NCBI GenBank assembly: GCA_963826715.1
Contig: CAWGYA010000002.1
Location: 224,001 to 288,000 of the forward strand
DNA: 64,000 nt
Source: Candidatus Bathyarchaeota archaeon
GTDB lineage: Archaea; Thermoproteota; Bathyarchaeia; Bathyarchaeales; Bathycorpusculaceae
Direction of reading: 5' to 3'
Under the pieces are notes generated by a model. That model made no database searches. It was not told where the DNA came from and worked only from the letters and a program-made list of their open reading frames with translations. A program made the translations under genes and the position numbers. Shown here in pieces: positions 39,674 through 48,677 of this stretch; positions within the stretch are counted from its first letter, which is position 1; each line of letters starts with the position of its first letter.

Positions 39674-40096
39674 ATGTTTAGCGCTAAGAATCCATTTGAA
39701 CCTCCAGTGAAGAAGAGAGCAACAATACGCGCAGAAGTGAAGAAGGCAGTTTTTGAACGAGCAAAAGGTCAATGTGAAAGCAGAAATTGTAATAAAAATC
39801 TAAAGTGGGGAAGTAGAGGTACAGGAACTAGAGGAGTATTCCACCATACGAGGAGTCCTTCTATATCTCCAACTGAAAAAACCGTAAGATTAGTTTGTCC
39901 AGATTGTCATTCAAATTTACATGAAATCAAAACAAGAACTAAAAATCACCCTCTTATAGGTCAAACAAAAGAAAGGGTCGTTGTTAGAAAAGATACAAAA
40001 CGCAAGGTAAAACAAGTTAGAAAAAAAGGGCTATCAAAAAGAAAACAGATTTTTCAAGTTTTCCAAATTCGTCACTTAAGTTTCCTTGAGGAATAA
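39674..40096 (+). CDS. HNH-like nuclease / Zn-finger protein
   Basis: VKKAVFERAKGQCESRNC...FHH...LVCPDCHSNLH. Confidence 0.72.
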   Translation: MFSAKNPFEPPVKKRATIRAEVKKAVFERAKGQCESRNCNKNLKWGSRGTGTRGVFHHTRSPSISPTEKTVRLVCPDCHSNLHEIKTRTKNHPLIGQTKERVVVRKDTKRKVKQVRKKGLSKRKQIFQVFQIRHLSFLEE

Positions 40097-40098
40097 GA

Positions 40099-40212
40099 AT
40101 GACATCACCAAAAATAAAAAAGGGAAAATGGGAGAAAGAACGAGAACGTAACAAAGATGGGTCTTGGAGAAAAAAACGTAAAGACGCCGGAAAGAAACGT
40201 AAGAAAAAGTAA
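40099..40212 (+). CDS. 37-aa highly basic microprotein
   Basis: MTSPKIKKGKWEKERERNKDGSWRKKRKDAGKKRKKK; starts 2 nt after the HNH stop. Confidence 0.55.
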   Translation: MTSPKIKKGKWEKERERNKDGSWRKKRKDAGKKRKKK

Positions 40213-40406
40213 CTTATTTCCGTTAAGTTGCTGTGAACAAAATGCTAGAAAAAAGGCAGTGAACTTTATAATTAAATGGAAGACTTCACCCTCAAAGTTA
40301 AAAGAACTTAGCAACAACTAGAAGAAGAACCAGTTGTTATGGTGCGTATCGCAGATGATGCAGAGATAATGATTACTCGGGAATACTAAAAATAGAAGAA
40401 AAAAAC

Positions 40407-41319
40407 CTATTTGGATTTTCTAAACAATTTAACCCCTTCCATGTCACATACAAACTCAAAACCCGACTCAACCAACAACATAGCTTCATCTGGATTTTTA
40501 GCGCATTTACAAACAAAACTCTGATCCTCAAAATGCACCAAATGAGTATAAACCAACGTATTCATAATGTTAACATGTCCAAGCAACTGCTTAACGTGCA
40601 AAATATCCTTAGTTTTATGATATTCATAAGAGGCTTTCCAGTGTCGAAAAGTTTTAAGGTTAATGCTCCTTAATCGGGGATTCTCCAACTTTTTAGCCAT
40701 GTATATTCGTGAGTCATAAAAATTCCGGGAAAACCGTTTTAACCTACTAGTTGGTGAGTCTCTGAAAACGTACTCGTTACGTTTCTTTAGACCCATAAGC
40801 ATAGCTAAAAGTTTACTTGATACTCTTAATGTTCTAGGTAAACTGTTCTTTTCAGGGTTATTGATTGTAACAACACTATTCTGGAAATCAATATCAATCC
40901 ATTTTAAAGCAAAGGCTTCTCCCGGTCTAGCACCTGTATCTTTAAGCATCTGAAGAAAGCAAGAAGTTTTCTTTCCACAGCCAGCAACCAAAGCATCAAC
41001 TTCACTTTCGGTTGGCACAAACGGTAATTTCTTTACAGCTCTATAGATTGGCTTCTCAAAAGGCAACTTTACATATTCACAGTATCGGGCGTATTTGTCG
41101 ACCAAAATCTGCTTTCGCGCTTCACTGACTTTCTTATTTGCTATAAACGTCTTAACTGCTTCAGTATCATTTAGAAAAACATTCTTTTCTAGGTACTTGA
41201 AAACGTCGCTGTATCCTTGAAGGGTAGCTTCCCGATAGCCCTTATTTTTTAGCCAAACAAGAAATTGCAAAACTGGGGGTGATCGGAAATTTGGTGGGGT
41301 CGGCCGGATTTGAACCGAC
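40407..41319 (-). CDS. int(C): catalytic part of the tyrosine integrase
   Basis: TGARPGE (R), EKNS (K), LKTFRH (KxxR), LLGH and TLVY (Y). The ORF-track extension to 41504 is tRNA sequence. Confidence 0.93.
41285..41319. repeat. att site overlapping the tRNA-Trp T-arm and 3' end
   Basis: Identical to 33729-33763. Confidence 0.97.
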
Positions 41320-41467
41320 GACCTCTGCCCAACAGCCGCGCGAAGCGACTGTTTACGGGTTTCTCTATGACCGCTCCAGAGATTCGTCATTCTCCTCGCG
41401 GAGTCAGCAAACCCGTGTGTGCTTGCTTTCTGGAGCCCGTCGTCATACCTGTCTAGACTACGACCCC
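41292..41467 (-). tRNA. tRNA-Trp(CCA) with two introns (37/38: 41361-41429; about 43/44: 41325-41354)
   Basis: Acceptor stem GGGGTCG/CGACCCC, anticodon arm ACGGG-CTCCAGA-CCCGT, T-arm GTCGG-TTCAAAT-CCGGC and encoded CCA; 77 nt after removing 69+30 nt. Confidence 0.92.
41361..41429 (-). ncRNA. Intron-encoded box C/D guide RNA
   Basis: ACGGGTTT-G-CTGA (guide plus D'), hairpin CTCC-GCGA-GGAG, ATGACGA (C'), and TCTGGAGC complementary to the anticodon loop. Confidence 0.7.
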
Positions 41468-41617
41468 ACCGTGGGTCTAGTCGAAGCATAAAGTAGAGGT
41501 GCATCCATAAAAATATTTATGCCCAACCCGCGGCATCAAGTGGATTACCAAGCTAAAAAAAATAAACTTTAGTTCTACCTAAAAAAATTTCAGATCAAAT
41601 TTAAAGATTGAAGCTAG

Positions 41618-41902
41618 TTATTTTCGTCTGTTCAGTTTAGTAACCGAAACAACTGTAACGCTACCAGCAATCAAGAGAGCTAAAATAAGAACTAAAGCGG
41701 GGAATTCGGGAATCACAGCTGCAACCAAATCCACTGATGATAAGGGTTCAACCAAACTGATGCTCCCATCTGCTCCACGGGTAGCAAATTCTGCATCCAA
41801 CGCTAAAGCGGCGTTACCTGTACTTGTGACTTTAAACGATATTGTAGCAATGGTCCCGCTCCCACTAAATGATGGGGTTAATGTCATGGCAGATATAAAC
41901 AC
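41618..41902 (-). pseudogene. 5'-truncated cohesin-like surface protein with a PEF-CTERM tail
   Basis: SGSGTIATISFKV..G...L.L (C-terminal half of a cohesin domain) and VIPEFP+TM+RRK; no signal peptide. Confidence 0.6.
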
Positions 41903-41906
41903 AAAG

Positions 41907-42068
41907 ATGCAAAACGCCGAAGGGCTAAAAGAGGTTAACTTGCCCTGCGGTTGTATTTACCATGACAAAGGCTGGATTCTAATGCGCATCGAGGAATGCG
42001 AATATCACCACCGCAAAAGAAATACCAAACGATCCTACCGGCCCAAAGCCGAATGTGTTAGACCTTAA
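41907..42068 (+). CDS. 53-aa Cys/His microprotein (paralog of 61537-61695)
   Basis: MQNAEGLKEVNLPCGCIYHDKGWILMRIEECEYHHRKRNTKRSYRPKAECVRP. Confidence 0.7.
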   Translation: MQNAEGLKEVNLPCGCIYHDKGWILMRIEECEYHHRKRNTKRSYRPKAECVRP

Positions 42069-42137
42069 ACCCAGTGATAATAGGTAAGTAAATTTTTTTT
42101 CACTTATCACCATAAAAGCAACCCCGCAAATACAGTA

Positions 42138-42647
42138 GTGTGGAAAACATGTCTTAGCCAAGCTCAAACCGAAAGCCTCGAGGAAATCATATTCAAAACT
42201 TTAGGCAACCAAAAGAGAAGAGACATCCTGCGTTTTGTTGGAGAACACAAAGAAGAGACTTTTACTGAAATCAAACACGCCGCCGAAATTGATGATAGCT
42301 CACTTGTTTCCTACCACATCAAAGCTTTAGAGGTTCTAATTTTCCAAGCCAAAGATAAGTATAGGCTTTCGGATTTGGGTCAGGAAGCATACTATTTAAT
42401 TGTTAAAACTAACAGTTCTGCAGGCAATAAAATAGTTGTTAAGACTCTTAAAAAAGAGTTGACATTCCTCATTGTTGCCAATGCTTTGCTTTGGGTAGCT
42501 GCATTTTTTGCGGTTTCGTATTTCCAAGAAAACATTAACCACGCTCTGTCTTCGACACTGATTCTTTTGTGGCTGGTCAGCAACGCAATCATCTATGGAA
42601 TTTCACAGACAACTAAGCAAGATAACTTCCGAAAAAAGTTCAATTAG
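42138..42647 (+). CDS. ArsR-like wHTH protein with two C-terminal TM helices
   Basis: FKTLGNQKRRDIL..TFTEIK...SYHIK.L..YRLS..G followed by hydrophobic helices. The start is uncertain. Confidence 0.75.
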   Translation: MWKTCLSQAQTESLEEIIFKTLGNQKRRDILRFVGEHKEETFTEIKHAAEIDDSSLVSYHIKALEVLIFQAKDKYRLSDLGQEAYYLIVKTNSSAGNKIVVKTLKKELTFLIVANALLWVAAFFAVSYFQENINHALSSTLILLWLVSNAIIYGISQTTKQDNFRKKFN

Positions 42648-42711
42648 CAGTTGAATACTAATAGTATTTTTCCGCAAGCCATTTAACCTTCCAGAAACCT
42701 TTTCTATCAGC

Positions 42712-43803
42712 ATGTCCCAGCCTCTTTCATCATCCGTGCCTAAACCTCAAAGTGCCGCAAAACGCATCCTAAAAATCGCTGTTCAAGTCATTGTAATGGT
42801 AGCGATTTTCGCAGCTTTGTTCTGGTATATTGGGTTAGATTCTCTTTACAACGCCTTACTTCACATTAGAATGGAGTATTTGGCGCTTGCTTTTCTGATG
42901 TACTTTGGTATCAATGTGTTTTTTGCGATTCGACTTAGACGTGTGTTAGCTAAAGGCGGCGTTAAAACGTCTTTCGGCAAGACTCTGCTAGCACAGTACG
43001 CTGGAATGCTAACAAGCGACGTTACACCAGGACGTTCTGGTTACATCCTGACACCCGTCTATCTCCGAGACCAAAACGTACCTGCTTCCAAAGGACTCTC
43101 AAGTATCCTGGGGATTCAAACAATAGAGTTTCTGGTTAAAGTAGCGGGTGGAATAGGTGCCGCCATATTCCTAATTCAGACAGTGCCAGCGGGAAACTGG
43201 CCCCCCACGACAATCTTCGGAATAAATGTAACATTCTTTGTCATAGGATTAGGTATAGCTTTAATGTTAACTGGCGCCCTCGTATTAGCCGCTATTTCTT
43301 GGTCCGAGAAAGCAATAGCCATCTTTGATCGAATAGCAAATTCGCGCTTCCTTAAAAGATTCACAGGTGGCATAATGGGCAAACTTGATGAGTACAAGGA
43401 TAGCGCCCAAAAAACTCGTTCAGCAATCCCAGAAATCTTCCTTTTGACAATGGTTTGCTGGATTCTTAAAGGCTTTGAATGGTACTTCTTGGGTTTGGCG
43501 TTAGGTCTTACTCAGATACCTTGGATAGGCTACTTTTTAATCCATCCCTTAGTAACTGCGTTAGCCTTTGTTCCTATCACTCCAGCAGGCGCTGGTATTC
43601 AAGAATTCGGAATCGTTGGCATTCTGAGCCTTCTGTTCGTTAGTCCAAGCCCTGAAATAGTTGGCGCTATAGGAGCATTCGCGGTACTTGCCAGAGGCTT
43701 ATTGATAATAGAGGATCTGGCAGGCGTTCCTCAGATTGTGAAGTCAACTAGCTTGATTTTTTCTCGCAATAAAAATAAAGAAATCCCAATTGCCCCACAG
43801 TAA
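42712..43803 (+). CDS. UPF0104 / LPG-synthase-TM (flippase-like) membrane protein
   Basis: TPGRSG and PITPAGAGIQE; multiple TM helices. Confidence 0.85.
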   Translation: MSQPLSSSVPKPQSAAKRILKIAVQVIVMVAIFAALFWYIGLDSLYNALLHIRMEYLALAFLMYFGINVFFAIRLRRVLAKGGVKTSFGKTLLAQYAGMLTSDVTPGRSGYILTPVYLRDQNVPASKGLSSILGIQTIEFLVKVAGGIGAAIFLIQTVPAGNWPPTTIFGINVTFFVIGLGIALMLTGALVLAAISWSEKAIAIFDRIANSRFLKRFTGGIMGKLDEYKDSAQKTRSAIPEIFLLTMVCWILKGFEWYFLGLALGLTQIPWIGYFLIHPLVTALAFVPITPAGAGIQEFGIVGILSLLFVSPSPEIVGAIGAFAVLARGLLIIEDLAGVPQIVKSTSLIFSRNKNKEIPIAPQ

Positions 43804-44251
43804 GCACTTTAGAGCTGCCTTAGTAATTTCATGGATAGAGAATTGAAATGGTGACCATTCTTCAAAGGTCACACCATTAAAAATCCTTCATTTAGCCAAT
43901 AGACCCTTTCATAACTCAGATGATTCGAAGTTAGTTTTGTTGAATAAAGATTTTTCAAAAAAGTAATTTTTAGTTGGCATGTAACTAAACCAAAAATAAT
44001 TATGAATATTTTTGGTGAATCCATTGATTTGGTTGGGAAATTCGTTTTTTGATATATTTAAGTTTCTTCTATCTGGAACTGGTAGCCAGACCAAGGAGAA
44101 AAATTAACTATAAAAGTACAGAGGAAGAACCTTGAAAACGTTAGAAATTCCAACTTCTGAGCGCAAAATGGGAAAATACACAATAGAAAGGAAATAAACT
44201 ATATTATTGGAAACATTAAACAAATTAAAAAATTAACTTGAAGGAAAAGTA

Positions 44252-45412
44252 ATGGCGGAACCTAGTAAAATTCTGATTGTTGACGACGAAGCGGGTATTC
44301 GGGAGGCCTTGCAAGAAATATTAATTCAAGAAGGCTACAAAACAGAGACCACACAAACTGGGAAAGAAGCCTTAGAAGTTTGCCAAAAAGAAAACTTCGA
44401 TGTTGCAATCATAGATGTAAGGTTACCCGACATTGACGGTACAAGTTTGCTGGAAACATTGAAAAAAATTGACCCTAATCTCATCAGGATCATAATTACG
44501 GGGCATCCCTCCCTCGAAAACGCTGTTCAATCACTAAATTCAGGAGCTGATGGATACATAGTCAAGCCCTTCAAACCTCAAAAATTACTAGAGCAAATTA
44601 AAGAACATCTTGAAAGACGCCAAAAAGACAAGTGGGAAAATCTGCTGATTAAAACCGGATTATCAGCCTATGAAGCAAAAATATATCTGGCCCTAAGCTT
44701 AGATGGCTGCTCTGAAGCCGGAAAACTAAGCTTATCTTCAGGCGTACCAAGAACAAAAACTTACGCCTCATTAAAAAAACTTGTTCAAATAGGTCTAGTT
44801 TTTGAAATCCCCGGAGAAACACAAAAATTCTCAATTGTAACGTCATCCAACGCCTTAGAAAATTTTGTCCAAAATTGGAAAAATGACCTTGCAGAACAAA
44901 CCACAACTCTAGTTGAACTTGAAAAAGCAATATCAACCCTTGAGTCAATTCAAGAAGAAAAACAAGCATCAGAAAATACTGGCATGAGAAAAGAAGAAGT
45001 CTGGTCAATTCACGAAGATGCAGAGATAACAAGAGTAACTGGCGAGATACTATCTAAGGCAAAAACTTCAGTTTGTGTTGTTACAACAGAAAAGGGCTTA
45101 GTTATGTTCTGTAAGAATTTCAACAAAATACTTGATGAACTAGCTGGAAAAGGAGTTGAAATTCAAATTAAGGTACCTGTTGACTCGTGTAACTCATCTT
45201 TTGTACATGAGCTTAGTTACATGTACAAAGTGACGAATTTACAAATTACAATGCCTATCTTCCTACTTATTGTAGACCAAAACAAACTGCTAATGACTGA
45301 TTTAAGAAAAGACGATCAAAAAATCAGTTCAAAGACAGAGTTTGGGTTATTCTCACAAGATGGAACCTTAAGCTCTCACGTTGTTTCTTTATTAGGGTTT
45401 GATAAATTATAG
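44252..45412 (+). CDS. Response regulator: receiver (REC) domain fused to a TrmB-type HTH and effector domain
   Basis: ILIVDDE, IDVRLPD, ITG and VKPF, followed by GLSAYEAKIYLAL..SGVPRTKTY..L..L...G. Confidence 0.9.
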   Translation: MAEPSKILIVDDEAGIREALQEILIQEGYKTETTQTGKEALEVCQKENFDVAIIDVRLPDIDGTSLLETLKKIDPNLIRIIITGHPSLENAVQSLNSGADGYIVKPFKPQKLLEQIKEHLERRQKDKWENLLIKTGLSAYEAKIYLALSLDGCSEAGKLSLSSGVPRTKTYASLKKLVQIGLVFEIPGETQKFSIVTSSNALENFVQNWKNDLAEQTTTLVELEKAISTLESIQEEKQASENTGMRKEEVWSIHEDAEITRVTGEILSKAKTSVCVVTTEKGLVMFCKNFNKILDELAGKGVEIQIKVPVDSCNSSFVHELSYMYKVTNLQITMPIFLLIVDQNKLLMTDLRKDDQKISSKTEFGLFSQDGTLSSHVVSLLGFDKL

Positions 45413-45510
45413 AAAGTATTTCAGGATGACAACTCCTGGTATATAAGGTGGCTTTTAATCAGACAGCTTTAGGTTTCTTTTTCTTGCTTTAATGAGAATA
45501 TTAAAGTAAA

Positions 45511-45664
45511 TGGTCGGGAGAGCAGGATTTGAACCTGCGACAGCTCGGTATCTGTGGCCTAGACAGGCTAGAATGAAGCCCACCAGTGGTAGACCTCTAC
45601 AGCTTCTCCGCCAACTATACGAGATAGATGGCTCGAGAGCTCTGCCAGGCTGAGCTACCTCCCG
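45511..45664 (-). tRNA. tRNA-Tyr(GTA) with two introns (30/31, 30 nt; 37/38, 47 nt)
   Basis: C1:G72 acceptor CGGGAGG/TCTCCCG, spliced anticodon arm CTCGG-CTGTAGA-CCGAG, BHB motifs at both introns and encoded CCA. Confidence 0.9.
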
Positions 45665-45789
45665 ACAAATTCCATAAAGACAGTGAGTAAGAATTTATGT
45701 GTTTTGGATTTATTGTCAGGCACCCGTCATACTAAACGTTTTAATCTGCTACAAGAGTGAAATTAACAAAAGAGGAGGCACAGAGAAAA

Positions 45790-46755
45790 ATGGCAAAAAC
45801 AATAGGCATAGTTACTTCAGGTGGAGATGCCCCAGGAATGAACGCAGCCATCCGTGGCGTCACTCGAGTCGGACACGCTATGGGCTTTAACATCATTGGG
45901 TTTGAACGCGGTTGGGACGGACTGTTAAGTAATAACTTCAAAAAACTTACACCCCGCAGCGTTGGCGGCATCATCCAGTTAGGCGGCACAATGCTTCATA
46001 CTCTGCGTTGCCCCAGTTTTGAAGAGAGAGGCGGTGTTGAGAGAGCAGCGGAAACATTAGCCGTAAATAACGTAGATGGACTCGTGGTTATTGGTGGCGA
46101 TGGTTCATTCAGGGGGGCACTTGATTTGAGTCATGTCAGCGAAACCCTGATGATTGGTATACCAGCCACTATTGACAATGATGTTTACGGTACCGATGAA
46201 ACTATCGGCTTTGATACTGCAGTAAATACCGCTGTAGGCGCCATCGACAAAATCCGGGACACCGCTATTAGCCATGAACGTATATTCATCGTGGAAGTTA
46301 TGGGTCGAAAAAGAGGCTTTTTAGCGTTGGAAGTCGGCATTTGTATAGGTGCCGAGGTTATCCTAATCCCTGAAAAGCCGTTGACCGTATGCGATATAAT
46401 CAATATAATGGAGAATAACGCCAAAAAAGGCAAACGTGCAGGCATAATCGTTGCAGCAGAGGGGTTTGGCAACTCAAGTAAAATAGCTCAGGAAATTCAA
46501 CAACAAACTAAAGCAGAAGTTCGGTTATCAATTTTGGGTTATGCCCAGAGAGGAGGAAGTCCAACGGTGAGAAGCAGGCTTTTGGCTAGTTTGTTTGCGG
46601 AGCGAGCTGTTGAATTGATCTGTGAAGGAAAGGGTAACATGGCAGTCGGTCTTCAAAATGGCGCAGTCTCAAACCTAGAGCTTGAGAGGTCAGCCAAAGA
46701 ACGCAAACCATTAGATTTGCGGTTACTTAAGGTGGCAGAAATGCTCTCGATATAG
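45790..46755 (+). CDS. pfkA: Bacterial-type ATP-dependent 6-phosphofructokinase
   Basis: TSGGDAPGMN, GGDGS, TIDND, GFDTA, EVMGR and LGYAQRGG. Confidence 0.93.
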   Translation: MAKTIGIVTSGGDAPGMNAAIRGVTRVGHAMGFNIIGFERGWDGLLSNNFKKLTPRSVGGIIQLGGTMLHTLRCPSFEERGGVERAAETLAVNNVDGLVVIGGDGSFRGALDLSHVSETLMIGIPATIDNDVYGTDETIGFDTAVNTAVGAIDKIRDTAISHERIFIVEVMGRKRGFLALEVGICIGAEVILIPEKPLTVCDIINIMENNAKKGKRAGIIVAAEGFGNSSKIAQEIQQQTKAEVRLSILGYAQRGGSPTVRSRLLASLFAERAVELICEGKGNMAVGLQNGAVSNLELERSAKERKPLDLRLLKVAEMLSI

Positions 46756-46767
46756 GCACTCGCCTTT

Positions 46768-48015
46768 TTATATTACTGATTCATAGATTTTTAGTGTTTC
46801 TTCCGCCACTTTACGCCAAGTAAAATAATCCAGCACCCTTTGGCGTCCGTTTATACCCCATTTCCTTGCTGACTTAGGGTCTTTGAGGGTTTCTTTTATG
46901 CCCCATGCTATATCTGCTGGGTCTGCCCCATTGATGTGTACACCAGTTTGCCCGGAACCACCGTTAACCACCTGCTCTCTGAAACCCACTACCCCTCGGG
47001 CGCCCACGACAATAGGTTTTTCAAGTGCCATAGCCTCTAAACTGACTATACCAAATGGTTCGTACGTTGAGGGAAAAATGCAGATGTCTGCAGCGGCATA
47101 ATGGAGAATTCGTTCTCTTTCCGACACGAAGTCAAATCGGTAAACGACATTATCCGTGATATTTAGTCGCTCAGCGGTTTCCGCGACGTCGGCTTGCTCT
47201 TCTCCTTTTCCTAAAATGACGAGTTTGGTTTTTGGGTATTCTTTTAACACCAAGGGCATAGCCTGTAACAAATTGTGAACACCTTTAACCCATGCAAGTC
47301 TTCCAACAAACAGCAGCATGTTCCATCCATCTGGAATATGATAACGTGCCCTAATTTCCAGAGCGTCTGACTTTTGGATTTTGGCTGGGTCATATCGGTC
47401 TGGGTTTACTCCGTTCCAGACTACACTGATTTTGCTCGGTGACCAGCCATGTCTTATGAGGTCTTCTTGCATAGCGTAGCTAACCGTTATAATTTTGTCT
47501 GAGTTTTGTGCCATCGCGCGTTCAAAATGAGAGACAACCTCAGAACCTTGTCCTCCGCTTCGACCCCACTCTGTGCTATGGGTGTGAAAAACAACTGGAA
47601 TTTTTGTCTCATTTTTTATGACAAGCCCTGCGATGCTGCTAAGCCAGTCATGCACACAGACAACGTCAAAATGGTAGTTATCTTTGCGAATGAGGTTGTT
47701 GATAAATTTAGTTGCAGATAGAATGTTATAGATGAAGATATCGTTGAAAAATTTTATGTTAGTACCCCATTTTTTAAGGTCATCTGCCACAAAGAAAGGC
47801 CAGATGTTGGTTGCGTCAGCTATTAGTGGACGGTGAACTTCAACTCCACGCAGGACCTCATTAGTTTTTAAGCCACCATTGTTTAATGTGAAAACTGTAA
47901 CGTCATGTCCGATATCTATGAATTCGCGCGTCATATATTCCGCATATGTCCCGAGTCCACCGACTAGCTGCGGAGGATACTCATAAACGAAAAAACCTAT
48001 CCTCAACAAACTCAC
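46768..48015 (-). CDS. GT4 glycosyltransferase (glycogen synthase-like)
   Basis: EYPP..VGGLG, HDW, HSTE.GR, VGRL..KG and EPFGIVSLEAMA. Confidence 0.9.
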   Translation of the reverse strand: MSLLRIGFFVYEYPPQLVGGLGTYAEYMTREFIDIGHDVTVFTLNNGGLKTNEVLRGVEVHRPLIADATNIWPFFVADDLKKWGTNIKFFNDIFIYNILSATKFINNLIRKDNYHFDVVCVHDWLSSIAGLVIKNETKIPVVFHTHSTEWGRSGGQGSEVVSHFERAMAQNSDKIITVSYAMQEDLIRHGWSPSKISVVWNGVNPDRYDPAKIQKSDALEIRARYHIPDGWNMLLFVGRLAWVKGVHNLLQAMPLVLKEYPKTKLVILGKGEEQADVAETAERLNITDNVVYRFDFVSERERILHYAAADICIFPSTYEPFGIVSLEAMALEKPIVVGARGVVGFREQVVNGGSGQTGVHINGADPADIAWGIKETLKDPKSARKWGINGRQRVLDYFTWRKVAEETLKIYESVI

Positions 48016-48129
48016 CTTGCTTATTTCAACTAGTATTTGGAGCTTTTATACTTTAACTACCACTCAAGTATTGTTTTTTCTCGGATATACTTTTTATTTT
48101 TGTTACACTTCTTTAATGGGGTGAAAAAG

Positions 48130-48668
48130 TTGAAGTCAGCCTTGATTATTTATACTTCAAACACGGGGAACACTCACAAAGTGGCCCAAGCAATCAAAGA
48201 AGGATTAGAAAAAGGCGGATTGCAAGTCGAAATGAAGAAACCTCAGGAAGCCAGCAGTACAGACTTCTTTGATTACGATTTAGTCTGCATGGGCACACCC
48301 TCGATTGAGTGGCAACCAGCAAAACCCATAGCTGACCTGCTGAAAAACAAACTGAACCTTTACCGTAGCCAAGGAAAATCTTACCTTCTGCCCCCAAAGT
48401 TGCAGGTAAAAACGCCCTAATATTCTGTACCTATTCAGGTCCTCACACAGGCATTGATGAGGCAACACCAGCAGGCAAGGTTATGCGGCAGTATTTTGAG
48501 CACTGGGGCTTTTCGGTTCTGGGCGAGTGGTATGTGGTTGGCGAGTTTCATGGCAGGTTGGATATGAGTATGCAGGGCAGGCTCGGTGACATCCGCGGCA
48601 GACCAACAGAGCAAGAGTTGGCGAAGATTAAAATGGATGCAGAGCAGATGGCGAGCCAGCTAAAGTAG
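48130..48668 (+). pseudogene. Flavodoxin-like gene with one frameshift near 48375
   Basis: YTSNTGNT..VA and GTPS; adding one A to GGAAAATC restores ..GKILPSAPK..FCTYSGPHTG..GRP. This may be a sequencing error. Confidence 0.75.
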
Positions 48669-48677
48669 TGGCGGATT

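Larger units (their letters stand above)
33729..41319. mobile_element. tRNA-Trp-integrated element (provirus, satellite or integrative plasmid); 7,556-bp unit
   Basis: Perfect 35-bp direct repeats at both ends, a split tyrosine integrase, RHH regulators and AT-rich orphan cargo. Confidence 0.95.

Noticed and set aside
41320-41504. ORF-track N-terminus of the integrase
   Set aside because: This is tRNA-Trp sequence; the natural N-terminus is at 33828. It is kept only as a speculative finding.
48370-48385. Programmed frameshift in the flavodoxin gene
   Set aside because: A single missing A in a short A-run is better explained by mutation or sequencing error; I see no convincing stimulatory structure.
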